Shown piece by piece: positions 30,425 to 39,895 of a DNA stretch of 52,857 nt. The notes beneath the pieces were generated by a model. That model made no database searches and was not told the origin of the DNA. It saw nothing but the letters and a program-made list of their open reading frames with translations. The stretch's first letter is position 1; each line of letters begins with the position of its first letter. The stretch covers positions 1 through 52,857 of IMG/VR virus record IMGVR_UViG_3300020220_000072; one strand, 5' to 3'. The position numbers were made by a program, and so were the translations under genes. Source of the DNA: a virus (lineage: Duplodnaviria; Caudoviricetes).

Positions 30425-32958
30425 TGAAAACCTTTAAACAATTTCAAGAAGACTGGACGAATAAATATAAAAAGAGTATTGATTGCTCTAATCCGAAAGG
30501 ATTTTCTCAGAAAGCTCATTGTGCGGGAAAAAAGAAGTCTATGTCTGAAATGAATAATCCTCGCATTCCAAAAAAACCAGGACAACCAGATAAGTCTGAT
30601 AAACACTCTGATCTTTACACAGACGAAGATCCAAAAGGAACAATTCACGGATTGGGATTTAAGGATGTTGCTACTGCCAAAGAGAGTGTTTCTAAGATTA
30701 AAAATTCTGGTAGATCACATGCTCACAAAATTCAAGCAGCAATTGCCATGGAACAAAGAGCAAAGGTAATGGGTAAAAGTTCAGAGTCTGCAATTTTTAG
30801 GAGTTTTATTAATTCAATGAAAGAAAAAACAAAAAAAATAAACGAAGAATCTAAATCCAAAAAGTGTAAACCTGGATATTATTACTGTAATACCAACAAA
30901 GAGTGTAAACCTCTTCCAAGTGGATTTAATACTCCTGGACAAACAATAAAACCAACAGAGGTGGGCATCGGTGTGCCGGTAGAGGTCTCTTGCAATCATA
31001 CAAAAAAAGGGAAAATGTGTCCTAAGCATGGTATGAAAGATTGTACGCTCATAGGAGAAACATTAAATAGTGTAACAGAAGAAGGACTTCGTGATTGGTT
31101 TGGCAAATCCAAATCAAAAGAAGGAAAATCTGGGTGGGTTAATGTAGTTACTGGTGGAACTTGTGCAAGTGATGAACCTGGAGAAGGAACGCCGAAGTGC
31201 GTCTCTTCTGCAAAGAGAGCAAGTATGACAAAGGCAGAAAGACTATCTGCCGCAAGAAGAAAGAAGGCAGCAGATCCTGGACAACAGGCAAAAACTGGTG
31301 CTGCAAAACCAACTTATGTTTCAACCGATGTCAAAGAGGGTTGGAGTGATAAATATAAGAAGTCAATTAATTGTGATAATCCAAAAGGGTTTTCTCAAAG
31401 AGCACACTGCCAAGGAAGGAAAAAGAAAATGGATGAACAAAGTTTTCAGATTAATACTTCGGCACATAACTCTGCACAGAAGCAACAGAAGATTAGAAAT
31501 CTTGCTACTGGAACAAACAATCCCAATGAAAAATCTGCTGCTATGAGAAAACTCTCTGGTCCTTCTTTACCTCTGGTAGATGAATACATTAATGAGGTAA
31601 AAGATAAAAAAGGTAAAGGCAGTGGAACTAAAGATGCCTGTTATCATAAAGTCAAGTCTCGTTATGACGTTTGGCCAAGTGCTTATGCTTCTGGTGCCCT
31701 CGTAAAGTGTCGCAAAGTAGGTGCTGCTAACTGGGGAACAAAATCAGAGGAAACAGTGGTTGATGAAGCACAGAAGTGTTGGCCAGGTTATAAAAAGAAA
31801 GGAACCAAAAAGATGTTTGGTAAAACTTATAATAATTGCGTAAAAGAATCAGAAGAGGTGAGATACTGCCCATTATGTAAGAAAAATGAGTCAAAGACAG
31901 ATTGTAGTTTTGGACCTGCTCTGTGGGAAAAGTATTCTATTGCAAAAGTTCATCCTGCAAATGAAGAAATGAGCATGAATGAGGCACTTCGTTCCAGAGA
32001 AGAAAGAATGGCACGAATGGCAACACCTAAAACAAAAAAAGAGCAGGAGAAAAAAAGAGTATTAAGAAGCAAAGCAGAAGAAATTTTATCCGACATTCAG
32101 GCATTGAAAAAAGGTAAAACTAAATCTTCAACGAAATCACAAAAATTTACCACACCAGAAGCAGAAATTAGAAAATTAAAACCAGGACAAAGAAAAGATA
32201 CTCTTGCATTAAAGGCATCAAAAGCAATGCATGAAGAATCTAATCTTATGAGATATAATGAATATGGACAAACTTATGTGATTAGATTCACTTGGAGAGG
32301 TTTGATGTATAAAGTTCAAATTTTTATTCCATCTCTCAAAAGACCCAGTGCTCAAGAAATTAAAACACAGTTAAATAAAATTTATCCAGGTGCTCAATTA
32401 CTTCTTTTTCAACCAAAAGAAAATGATCCCGTAGATCCTACAATTGTTTTTGCAAAAGAAGATCGTGATTTAGATGAAGGTAAAGCAGATAAAAAACTTC
32501 CTGAGCATGAAAGATCTGCAGCAAGACTTAAGAGATACTCAAATCCAAGTGGTGCTTTAGCATTGGGTGGTGGTCAACAAAGAGCACGTAGAGCAGAGCA
32601 TGAGGCACGTAGAGGTAAATCAAAACGTTGGTGGGATGACGATGGAGATGGAATTGGTTATGAAAAAGGTGAGGTGTCTGGAAAATTCAAGGAAGATTTA
32701 GACATCAATGAAGTTGCAGCATGGCAACGTAGAGAAGGAAAAAATAGGAGCGGAGGCCTTAATGAGAAGGGCAGGAAGTCCTATGAAAGGGATAATCCAG
32801 GGTCAGATCTCAAAGCACCTTCAAAGAAGGTTGGAAACCCACGCAGAGCATCATTCTGTGCCAGAATGAGTGGTATGAAAAGAAAACTTACTTCTGCAAA
32901 AACTGCAAATGATCCCAATAGCAGAATTAATAAAAGTCTGAGAGCTTGGAATTGTTGA
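30424..32958 (+). CDS. Putative internal head polyprotein (capsid-targeting N-terminus plus basic modules)
   Basis: MKTFKQFQE resembles the T4 internal-protein CTS (MKTYQEFIAE); Lys/Cys-rich modules with hydrophobic-x-E linkers. Confidence 0.7.
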   Translation: MKTFKQFQEDWTNKYKKSIDCSNPKGFSQKAHCAGKKKSMSEMNNPRIPKKPGQPDKSDKHSDLYTDEDPKGTIHGLGFKDVATAKESVSKIKNSGRSHAHKIQAAIAMEQRAKVMGKSSESAIFRSFINSMKEKTKKINEESKSKKCKPGYYYCNTNKECKPLPSGFNTPGQTIKPTEVGIGVPVEVSCNHTKKGKMCPKHGMKDCTLIGETLNSVTEEGLRDWFGKSKSKEGKSGWVNVVTGGTCASDEPGEGTPKCVSSAKRASMTKAERLSAARRKKAADPGQQAKTGAAKPTYVSTDVKEGWSDKYKKSINCDNPKGFSQRAHCQGRKKKMDEQSFQINTSAHNSAQKQQKIRNLATGTNNPNEKSAAMRKLSGPSLPLVDEYINEVKDKKGKGSGTKDACYHKVKSRYDVWPSAYASGALVKCRKVGAANWGTKSEETVVDEAQKCWPGYKKKGTKKMFGKTYNNCVKESEEVRYCPLCKKNESKTDCSFGPALWEKYSIAKVHPANEEMSMNEALRSREERMARMATPKTKKEQEKKRVLRSKAEEILSDIQALKKGKTKSSTKSQKFTTPEAEIRKLKPGQRKDTLALKASKAMHEESNLMRYNEYGQTYVIRFTWRGLMYKVQIFIPSLKRPSAQEIKTQLNKIYPGAQLLLFQPKENDPVDPTIVFAKEDRDLDEGKADKKLPEHERSAARLKRYSNPSGALALGGGQQRARRAEHEARRGKSKRWWDDDGDGIGYEKGEVSGKFKEDLDINEVAAWQRREGKNRSGGLNEKGRKSYERDNPGSDLKAPSKKVGNPRRASFCARMSGMKRKLTSAKTANDPNSRINKSLRAWNC
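30448..30537 (+). repeat. Internal module repeat, copy 1 (EDWTNKYKKSIDCSNPKGFSQKAHCAGKKK)
   Basis: Recurs in diverged form at 31336-31425. Confidence 0.9.
30546..30680 (+). repeat. Direct repeat, copy 2 (~135 bp)
   Basis: Matches 29032-29166, offset 1514 bp. Confidence 0.95.
31336..31425 (+). repeat. Internal module repeat, copy 2 (EGWSDKYKKSINCDNPKGFSQRAHCQGRKK)
   Basis: Paralog of 30448-30537. Confidence 0.9.
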
Positions 32959-32960
32959 TT

Positions 32961-33134
32961 ATGAATCCTTCCGAAATTCAATTGGAAAACATTAGCAAAA
33001 TGTTTGAGTATGAAAAAATGGTAAGAACTATAGACGAATTATCAGAAACTCAGGCAAAGGATTTTGCAAAAGTATATCTTAAATTATATCTAAAACAGCA
33101 AGAAGTTCTTTCAACTATTGCTACCAACTTTTAA
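32961..33134 (+). CDS. nblA: NblA-like phycobilisome degradation adaptor (57 aa)
   Basis: KMF-x12-SETQAKDF aligns without gaps to cyanobacterial NblA as I recall it (QQF-x12-SHDQAKDF); helix-loop-helix size; ATG at 32961. Confidence 0.6.
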   Translation: MNPSEIQLENISKMFEYEKMVRTIDELSETQAKDFAKVYLKLYLKQQEVLSTIATNF

Positions 33135-33140
33135 TGATTT

Positions 33141-34817
33141 ATGAATGAAATTATAATAGATTTTCAACTCAAACATACTGAGGCATATCTTTCCAATCCT
33201 AATTTAAAAAAAGCAAACGTATCTGTAGAATTTACTCAGGAGCAAATTCAGGAATTTATTACATGTAAAAATGATCCCGTTTACTTTGCTAATAATTATG
33301 TAAAGATTGTTTCTCTCGATGAAGGTCTTGTTCCTTTTGACATGTATCCATTTCAAGAAAAAATGATTGAACGATTTCATAAAAATCGTTTTAACATTTG
33401 TAAAATGCCTCGTCAGACTGGTAAATCCACTACTGTGGTATCTTACCTTCTTCACTATGCTGTTTTTAATGATAATGTAAATATTGCTATTTTGGCAAAC
33501 AAAGCAAGCACTGCAAGAGATCTTCTTGGTAGATTGCAACTTGCCTATGAGAATCTACCAAAGTGGATGCAGCAAGGTGTTATAAACTGGAATAAACTTT
33601 CTTTGGAACTTGAAAATGGTTCTAAAGTGTCAGCAAACTCAACATCCAGTTCGGCAGTTAGGGGTGGATCTTATAATGTTATCTTTTTGGATGAATTTGC
33701 ATTTATTCCAAACAACATCGCTGATCAGTTTTTTGCATCAGTTTATCCTACTATTTCTTCAGGTAAAAAAACAAAAGTTATTATAGTTTCTACTCCACAT
33801 GGTATGAATCATTTCTACCGAATGTGGCATGATGCAGAACGTGGACAAAATGAATATGTACCAACTGATGTTCATTGGTCAGAAGTTCCTGGTAGAGATG
33901 AAGATTGGAAGAGGCAAACAATTGCCAACACAAGTGAGCAGCAGTTTAAGGTAGAATTTGAAACAGAATTTCTAGGGTCAGTTGATACTCTGATTGCTCC
34001 GAGTAAACTTAGAAATATGGTTTATGATGCTCCAAAGTCAAATGGTGAAGGAATGGATGTTTATGAAGAACCAGAAGATGATCACGATTACTTAATAACT
34101 GTAGATGTTGCTCGTGGAGTTGGTATTGATTATTCTGCTTTTCTTGTAATCGACATTACATCATTTCCACATAAAGTAGTTGCAAAATATAGAAATAATG
34201 AAATAAAACCAATGCTATTTCCAAGTATTATTTGTGATATGGCAAAAGCTTATAATGGTGCTTACATTTTATGTGAGGTTAATGATATTGGAGATCAAGT
34301 AGCATCAATTTTAAATTATGATTTGGAATATCCAAATGTTCTCATGTGTTCTATGAGAGGTAGAGCTGGACAAATTGTTGGACAAGGATTTTCGGGAAAG
34401 AAAACACAATTGGGTGTAAAGATGTCCAAAACTGTTAAAAAAGTTGGATGTTCTAACTTAAAAACACTAGTAGAGGAGGATAAAGTTACATTTAAAGATT
34501 ATCAGATTATTAGTGAACTTACAACGTTTATTCAAAAAAATAATTCATTTGAAGCAGAAGAAGGTTGTAATGACGACTTAGCAATGTGTATGGTTATCTA
34601 TGCTTGGTTAGTTGCACAAGACTATTTTAAAGAACTTACTGACCAAGATGTTAGAAAGAGATTATATGAAGAACAAAAAAATCAACTAGAACAAGACATG
34701 GCACCTTTTGGTTTTGTGGTCGATGGAACAGAGGAAACATTTTTTGTTGATAATCAAGGAGATCGTTGGTATACCGATGAGTATGGTGACATGAGTTACA
34801 TGTGGGAATATAGTTAA
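33141..34817 (+). CDS. gp17: Terminase large subunit gp17
   Basis: Walker A MPRQTGKST, Walker B IFLDEFAF, VDVARG..DYSAF, NDDLAM. Confidence 0.98.
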   Translation: MNEIIIDFQLKHTEAYLSNPNLKKANVSVEFTQEQIQEFITCKNDPVYFANNYVKIVSLDEGLVPFDMYPFQEKMIERFHKNRFNICKMPRQTGKSTTVVSYLLHYAVFNDNVNIAILANKASTARDLLGRLQLAYENLPKWMQQGVINWNKLSLELENGSKVSANSTSSSAVRGGSYNVIFLDEFAFIPNNIADQFFASVYPTISSGKKTKVIIVSTPHGMNHFYRMWHDAERGQNEYVPTDVHWSEVPGRDEDWKRQTIANTSEQQFKVEFETEFLGSVDTLIAPSKLRNMVYDAPKSNGEGMDVYEEPEDDHDYLITVDVARGVGIDYSAFLVIDITSFPHKVVAKYRNNEIKPMLFPSIICDMAKAYNGAYILCEVNDIGDQVASILNYDLEYPNVLMCSMRGRAGQIVGQGFSGKKTQLGVKMSKTVKKVGCSNLKTLVEEDKVTFKDYQIISELTTFIQKNNSFEAEEGCNDDLAMCMVIYAWLVAQDYFKELTDQDVRKRLYEEQKNQLEQDMAPFGFVVDGTEETFFVDNQGDRWYTDEYGDMSYMWEYS

Positions 34818-34830
34818 AAAAATATTTTTT

Positions 34831-34858
34831 TATAAATAATCTTAGAAACATGAGATTA
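34831..34858 (+). promoter_or_regulatory. Late promoter with adjacent leader hairpin for gp18
   Basis: TATAAATA 34831-38; TAATCTTA/TGAGATTA stem 34837-58; SD AAGGAG downstream. Confidence 0.8.
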
Positions 34859-34874
34859 CCGCAAGGAGAATTAA

Positions 34875-37106
34875 ATGGCAAACTTAGGATTGGTATCTCC
34901 AGGAGTATTGGTCAGAGAAGTTGATCTGACTCGGGGTGGCATTACTGCAGAAATTGATAATATTGGTATTATGGGAATGCCCTCCGAAAAGGGTCCAATT
35001 GAACAAATTTTTGAAGTAAGAAACGAAAATGATCTGATTAAATATTTTGGTCAGCCAAGATCATCTTTTGATGAATATGAATATTGGTTCACCGCATCAA
35101 GTTTTCTTTCTTACGGTGGAAGATTAAAAATTATTAGATGCGATGATAAAGATTTAAGAAATGCTAATGTAGTTGGATTAGGAACAACTAATTTAACAAC
35201 ATTAAAAATTAAAAATGATCGTGATTATGAGGATAATTTTAGCACCAATACGACATTTTCATACGCTGCCAAAAACCCTGGGTCATGGGCTAATAATTTA
35301 AAAGTTTGTGTAATTGATAATGCTGCGGATCAAATTTTAACAGTTGGTGCTGCTGCTACGGGAGCAATTGCAGTAGGATATGCTGTAACCCAAGCTTTTC
35401 CATCTGGTGCAGTAATTGCTGGAGTTGGAACAACATCTGTTCTTAATGGTTATCTGCAAGGTATTGTTACAGGAATTGGTTTTAGTACAATTGATGTTAA
35501 AATTACCAACAGAGTTTCAGCTGCTGGAACCATTTTCCCAGCATATTATAATCCTGCGTTAGATTCACATTTTAATTTTAGAGTTGGAACAGCAAGCAAT
35601 GTTGGATTTGGAACTACTGCTATTCCAGGAACAGGGATTGCAGTTCTTAGTTCAACTTCAACAAATACAAACCCATCTGCAGGTTTAGTTACTGCATTTT
35701 CAATTGCACAAAATCAAATTCAAGATTGGTACTCAGAACAACAATTGAATCTGGTTAATATTGACGTTAACTGGAAAACAATCGCACCAAAACCAGGTAC
35801 ATCAAGATTCTCTTCACAAAGAAGTTCTGAAAATGATGTAATGCATGTTGTTATTGTTGATGATAACGGTAGAGTTACTGGAACTCCTGGAACGATTCTT
35901 GAGAAGTTTTTAGATCTAAGTAAAGCATCCGATCCTGGAGTTTCTTTTTACAAGAGAGTATTAAACAATAGATCAAATTATCTTTTTGTTGGTGGATCTC
36001 CAGAAGGAGATTCTTCAAACTTCCAAGGAACTTTAAAAACTACTTTAATAGATTCTCCAGAATTCGATGAAATTGCGGGATTACAATTTACTCCAACTGA
36101 TACATCAAGCAATGTTGCTCAACAATTAACTCAAGATGTAACATTTAACGTTTTTGGAAATACAAATTACACACTGAAGGGTGGTGCTGACTACGGAGAA
36201 CAAGTAGATCTTGGTGGAATTATACAAGCATATCAAATCATCTCAGATAATAATGATGAATCGGTTGATTTTATTTTAGGTGGTCCTGGTTTAGGAAGTT
36301 CTATCAAATCAGCAGCAAAAGCAAATTTCTTAATTTCACTTGCAGAACAAAGAAAAGATTGCATTGTAACAATTTCTCCAACAAAACAAGCAGTTATTGA
36401 TACTGTAGACTCAAATAAACAAACTGAAAATGTTGTTGGGTTCTTTGATACAATTTCTGCATCATCTTATGCAGTATTTGATAGTGGTTGGAAGTACATG
36501 TATGACAGATTTAATGACACTTTCCGTTGGGTTCCTTGCAATGGAGACATTGCTGGAATCATGGTAAGATCTGCTGATCAATCGTATCCTTGGTTTTCTC
36601 CTGCAGGTTCTCAAAGAGGTCAACTTTTAAATCTAGTAAAACTTGCATACAATCCAAATCAATCTCAAAGAGATGATCTTTATACAAACCGAATTAATCC
36701 AATTATCTTTAGTTCTGGTCAAGGAACAATTTTATTTGGTGATAAGACAGCTCTTAACTATGTAAGTGCTTTTGATAGAATTAACGTCAGAAGATTGTTC
36801 TTATTTATTGAGTCTCAAATTGAAAAATTTGCTAGAACGATTCTTTTCGAATTTAACGATGAAATTACAAGAGCAAACTTTAGAAATGTTACCGAACCAT
36901 TCCTTCGTGATGTTCAAGCGAAGAGAGGTATTATTGATTTTGTAGTAGTTTGCGACGATACAAACAATACTCCAGAAGTAATAGATGCTAATGAATTTAG
37001 AGCTGACATCTTCATCAAACCTGCACGTAGCATTAACTTCATTGGTCTTACCTTTGTTGCTACAAGAACCGGAGTTTCGTTTGAAGAAATTTTAGGTACT
37101 GTTTGA
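34875..37106 (+). CDS. gp18: Tail sheath protein gp18
   Basis: SPGVLVREVDLT, PWFSPAG..RG, FDRINVRRLF, IKPARSINFI. Confidence 0.98.
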   Translation: MANLGLVSPGVLVREVDLTRGGITAEIDNIGIMGMPSEKGPIEQIFEVRNENDLIKYFGQPRSSFDEYEYWFTASSFLSYGGRLKIIRCDDKDLRNANVVGLGTTNLTTLKIKNDRDYEDNFSTNTTFSYAAKNPGSWANNLKVCVIDNAADQILTVGAAATGAIAVGYAVTQAFPSGAVIAGVGTTSVLNGYLQGIVTGIGFSTIDVKITNRVSAAGTIFPAYYNPALDSHFNFRVGTASNVGFGTTAIPGTGIAVLSSTSTNTNPSAGLVTAFSIAQNQIQDWYSEQQLNLVNIDVNWKTIAPKPGTSRFSSQRSSENDVMHVVIVDDNGRVTGTPGTILEKFLDLSKASDPGVSFYKRVLNNRSNYLFVGGSPEGDSSNFQGTLKTTLIDSPEFDEIAGLQFTPTDTSSNVAQQLTQDVTFNVFGNTNYTLKGGADYGEQVDLGGIIQAYQIISDNNDESVDFILGGPGLGSSIKSAAKANFLISLAEQRKDCIVTISPTKQAVIDTVDSNKQTENVVGFFDTISASSYAVFDSGWKYMYDRFNDTFRWVPCNGDIAGIMVRSADQSYPWFSPAGSQRGQLLNLVKLAYNPNQSQRDDLYTNRINPIIFSSGQGTILFGDKTALNYVSAFDRINVRRLFLFIESQIEKFARTILFEFNDEITRANFRNVTEPFLRDVQAKRGIIDFVVVCDDTNNTPEVIDANEFRADIFIKPARSINFIGLTFVATRTGVSFEEILGTV

Positions 37107-37141
37107 TCTATTCAATTACAAAAACTAAGGAGTAAAGAACA

Positions 37142-37747
37142 ATGGCAATCACGAAACCTACAATTCAATATTCAACCAGAACGATTGATTCCTTTAAGGG
37201 TCAGTTAACTGGAGGTGGAGCTAGATCAAACCTATTTGAAGTTGAACTTCCATTAATTAATGGCACCGCTGCTGATGGAAATACTGAAACTTCAATTGAA
37301 GCATTGATGAGATTTATGATTAAAGCAACTAATCTTCCAGCATCAACAGTAGCTGCAATTCCAGTTCCCTTTAGAGGAAGACAACTTCAAGTTGCTGGTG
37401 ATAGAACATTTGACGATTGGAATGTTACTGTTATTAATGATTCAGACTTTACTATTCGTGCTGCAATGGAGAGATGGATGAATCAACTCAATCGTCATTC
37501 CAATACTACTGGTTTGATTAACCCAACATCGTATCAAAAAGATGCAACAGTTCATCAACTTGGAAGAGGTGCATTTGATGCCACACAAGTTCCTGTTCTG
37601 AGGAGTTACAAATTTTATGGTATTTGGCCAACAGCTGTTGATGCAATTGCACTTGATTATGGGTCAGATAATCAAATTGAAGAGTTTAATGTTACGTTTA
37701 AGGTGCATTGGTGGGAAGCAGCAGGTAATGGTGGAAATGTGGTCTAA
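37142..37747 (+). CDS. gp19: Tail tube protein gp19
   Basis: GGGARSNLFEV, VPFRGRQLQVAGDRTFDDW, IEEFNVTF. Confidence 0.97.
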   Translation: MAITKPTIQYSTRTIDSFKGQLTGGGARSNLFEVELPLINGTAADGNTETSIEALMRFMIKATNLPASTVAAIPVPFRGRQLQVAGDRTFDDWNVTVINDSDFTIRAAMERWMNQLNRHSNTTGLINPTSYQKDATVHQLGRGAFDATQVPVLRSYKFYGIWPTAVDAIALDYGSDNQIEEFNVTFKVHWWEAAGNGGNVV

Positions 37748-37750
37748 ATA
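37744..37750 (+). promoter_or_regulatory. Late promoter
   Basis: CTAAATA at the gp19 stop. Confidence 0.7.
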
Positions 37751-37775
37751 GAACATAGTCTTCTATTTTTTAATA

Positions 37776-39464
37776 ATGGCATCACTTTTTGGTTTTTCTA
37801 TTGATGATTCATATAAATCTAAAGCAAAAGGAGTAGTCTCTCCAGTCCCCGAAAATAATGAGGACGGAGCAGACTACTTTTTGTCTAGTGGTTTTTATGG
37901 ACAGTATCTTGACATTGAAGGTGTTTTTAAGACTGAATACGATCTCATTCGTAGATACAGAGAAATGGCATTGCACCCAGAAGTGGATGGTGCGATCGAA
38001 GACATTATTAGTGAAGCCATTGTATCAGATTTAAATGATTCTCCAGTTCAAGTTGAACTTTCAAATTTAAATGCAAGTGATAAAGTAAAAGAAATTATTC
38101 GAAGTGAATTTCAATATATCAAAGATATGATGGACTTTGATAAGAAAGCGCACGAAATTTTCAGAAATTGGTATGTAGATGGACGAATTCATTATCATAA
38201 AGTCATTGATTTGGATAATCCCCAGGAAGGAATTAAAGAACTTCGTTACATTGATGCACTTAAAATTAAATTTGTGAGAGAGCAAAAAAAGGAAAGCAAT
38301 AATGTTGCTCAATTCTCAGCATCCGTTCTTTCAACAAATTCAAAGTCTTATCAATTTTCAGGTTTAGAAGAATATTTTGTTTTTAATCAAAATGCTACAA
38401 ATACCTCAAGAAATCTTGGGGGAATTCAATTTGGTCTTCAACAAAAAGATAGTGTAAAAATTGCCAAGGATGCAATTGCATACTGTACCTCTGGATTAGT
38501 AGATAGAAATAAATATACTGTTTTATCATACTTACACAAATCAATTAAAGCACTTAATCAACTTCGTATGATTGAGGATGCTCTGGTTATCTATCGTCTG
38601 TCTCGTGCTCCAGAGCGTCGTATTTTTTATATTGATGTGGGCAATCTTCCTAAAGTAAAGGCAGAGCAATACCTCAGAGAAGTAATGTCACGATATCGTA
38701 ATAAGTTGAGTTATGATGCAGGAACTGGTGAGATACGTGATGATAAAAAGTACATGAGTATGCTTGAGGATTTCTGGCTACCACGCAGAGAGGGTGGTAG
38801 AGGTACAGAAATTACAACTTTACCCGGTGGTCAAAATCTTGGAGAATTGACGGATGTTGAGTATTTTCAAAAGAAACTTTATCGTGCTCTTGGAGTTCCT
38901 GAATCAAGACTGAACTCAAATGATGGATTTAATCTTGGTCGTTCTTCTGACATCTTAAGAGATGAACTTAAGTTCAGCAAATTTGTTGGAAGAATGAGAA
39001 AAAGATTTAGTAATCTTTTTCACGATATTCTCAGATCTCAACTGATTCTAAAAAATGTAGTTACTCCAGAAGAATGGGATCAAATGAGTGATCACATTCA
39101 ATATAATTATCTGTATGACAATCATTTTGCAGAACTTAAAAATGTTGAGATTATGCAGGAGCGTATGGGTGTTCTTGCTGCAGTGGATCCTTATGTTGGA
39201 AAGTATTTCTCACTGAAGTATGTCAGACAAAATGTTCTCAGACAAACTGATAGTGAAATGTTAGAGATTGATTCTGACATTGATGTAGAAAGACAGGCAG
39301 GATTAATTCCTCCAACTGAAGCAGAAATGATGCAGATGCAAATGGATCAGCAAGCAGCAGCAGAAAGTGGTGGAGCAATGGGGCAAATTCCTCAAGATCC
39401 TGGAATTTCTGATGCAAAGACAGGAACAGAAGCACCATCAATTCCAAAGGGTGGAGAAATTTAA
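37776..39464 (+). CDS. gp20: Portal vertex protein gp20
   Basis: YRLSRAPERRIFYIDVGNLPK, EDFWLPRREGGRGTEITTLPGGQNLG. Confidence 0.98.
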   Translation: MASLFGFSIDDSYKSKAKGVVSPVPENNEDGADYFLSSGFYGQYLDIEGVFKTEYDLIRRYREMALHPEVDGAIEDIISEAIVSDLNDSPVQVELSNLNASDKVKEIIRSEFQYIKDMMDFDKKAHEIFRNWYVDGRIHYHKVIDLDNPQEGIKELRYIDALKIKFVREQKKESNNVAQFSASVLSTNSKSYQFSGLEEYFVFNQNATNTSRNLGGIQFGLQQKDSVKIAKDAIAYCTSGLVDRNKYTVLSYLHKSIKALNQLRMIEDALVIYRLSRAPERRIFYIDVGNLPKVKAEQYLREVMSRYRNKLSYDAGTGEIRDDKKYMSMLEDFWLPRREGGRGTEITTLPGGQNLGELTDVEYFQKKLYRALGVPESRLNSNDGFNLGRSSDILRDELKFSKFVGRMRKRFSNLFHDILRSQLILKNVVTPEEWDQMSDHIQYNYLYDNHFAELKNVEIMQERMGVLAAVDPYVGKYFSLKYVRQNVLRQTDSEMLEIDSDIDVERQAGLIPPTEAEMMQMQMDQQAAAESGGAMGQIPQDPGISDAKTGTEAPSIPKGGEI

Positions 39465-39470
39465 TAAATA
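39463..39470 (+). promoter_or_regulatory. Late promoter
   Basis: AATAAATA at the gp20 stop. Confidence 0.7.
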
Positions 39471-39493
39471 GTATAGTTAATTAAATAATACTT

Positions 39494-39691
39494 ATGGACG
39501 AATTAATGGATTTTATTGTTGGTGGTGAGTCTGCTGAAGCAAGTGATAAAATTAAAGAAATTCTTTTTGCAAAATCCGCAGAAAGAATTGATGCAGCTAG
39601 ACCAATTGTTGCAAATGTAATGTTCGATAACGGAAGTTATGAAGATTATGATGAATATTTTAATTCTTATGTAGAATCCGAAGAGGAATGA
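39494..39691 (+). CDS. Small acidic protein at the gp67 (prohead core) position
   Basis: 65 aa directly after portal; SDKIKEILFAKSAERID..RP; acidic tail. Confidence 0.75.
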   Translation: MDELMDFIVGGESAEASDKIKEILFAKSAERIDAARPIVANVMFDNGSYEDYDEYFNSYVESEEE

Positions 39692-39694
39692 TAG

Positions 39695-39858
39695 GTGTCT
39701 GATTTATCAGATTTTTTTCAAACAATCAGTATAGCAAAAAAACAACAAAAGGAAGAACTCAATCAAAGGTGAGTGAAGTATATACACTTGCAGTAAGAGT
39801 TGTTGACGGAACCACAACAGATTTCATAGGATCTACACAATTTTTTGACTTAACATAG
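39695..39858 (+). pseudogene. Deletion scar fusing the 5' end of one gene to the 3' end of another
   Basis: GTG 39695: VSDLSDFFQTISIAKKQQKEELNQR* resembles the N-terminus of ORF 29183; a second frame from 39751 reads GRTQSKVSEVYTLAVR...FFDLT*. Confidence 0.6.
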
Positions 39859-39859
39859 G

Positions 39860-39872
39860 TAAATAATAAATA
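39860..39872 (+). promoter_or_regulatory. Tandem late promoter motifs
   Basis: TAAATA-A-TAAATA before ORF 39896. Confidence 0.65.
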
Positions 39873-39895
39873 ACATATAAAGAGTTTTAATAGCA

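Noticed and set aside
29032-30680. Diversity-generating retroelement TR/VR pair or CRISPR-like repeat
   Set aside because: Mismatches are mostly third-position and not adenine-specific, there is no reverse transcriptase in the window, and there are only two copies
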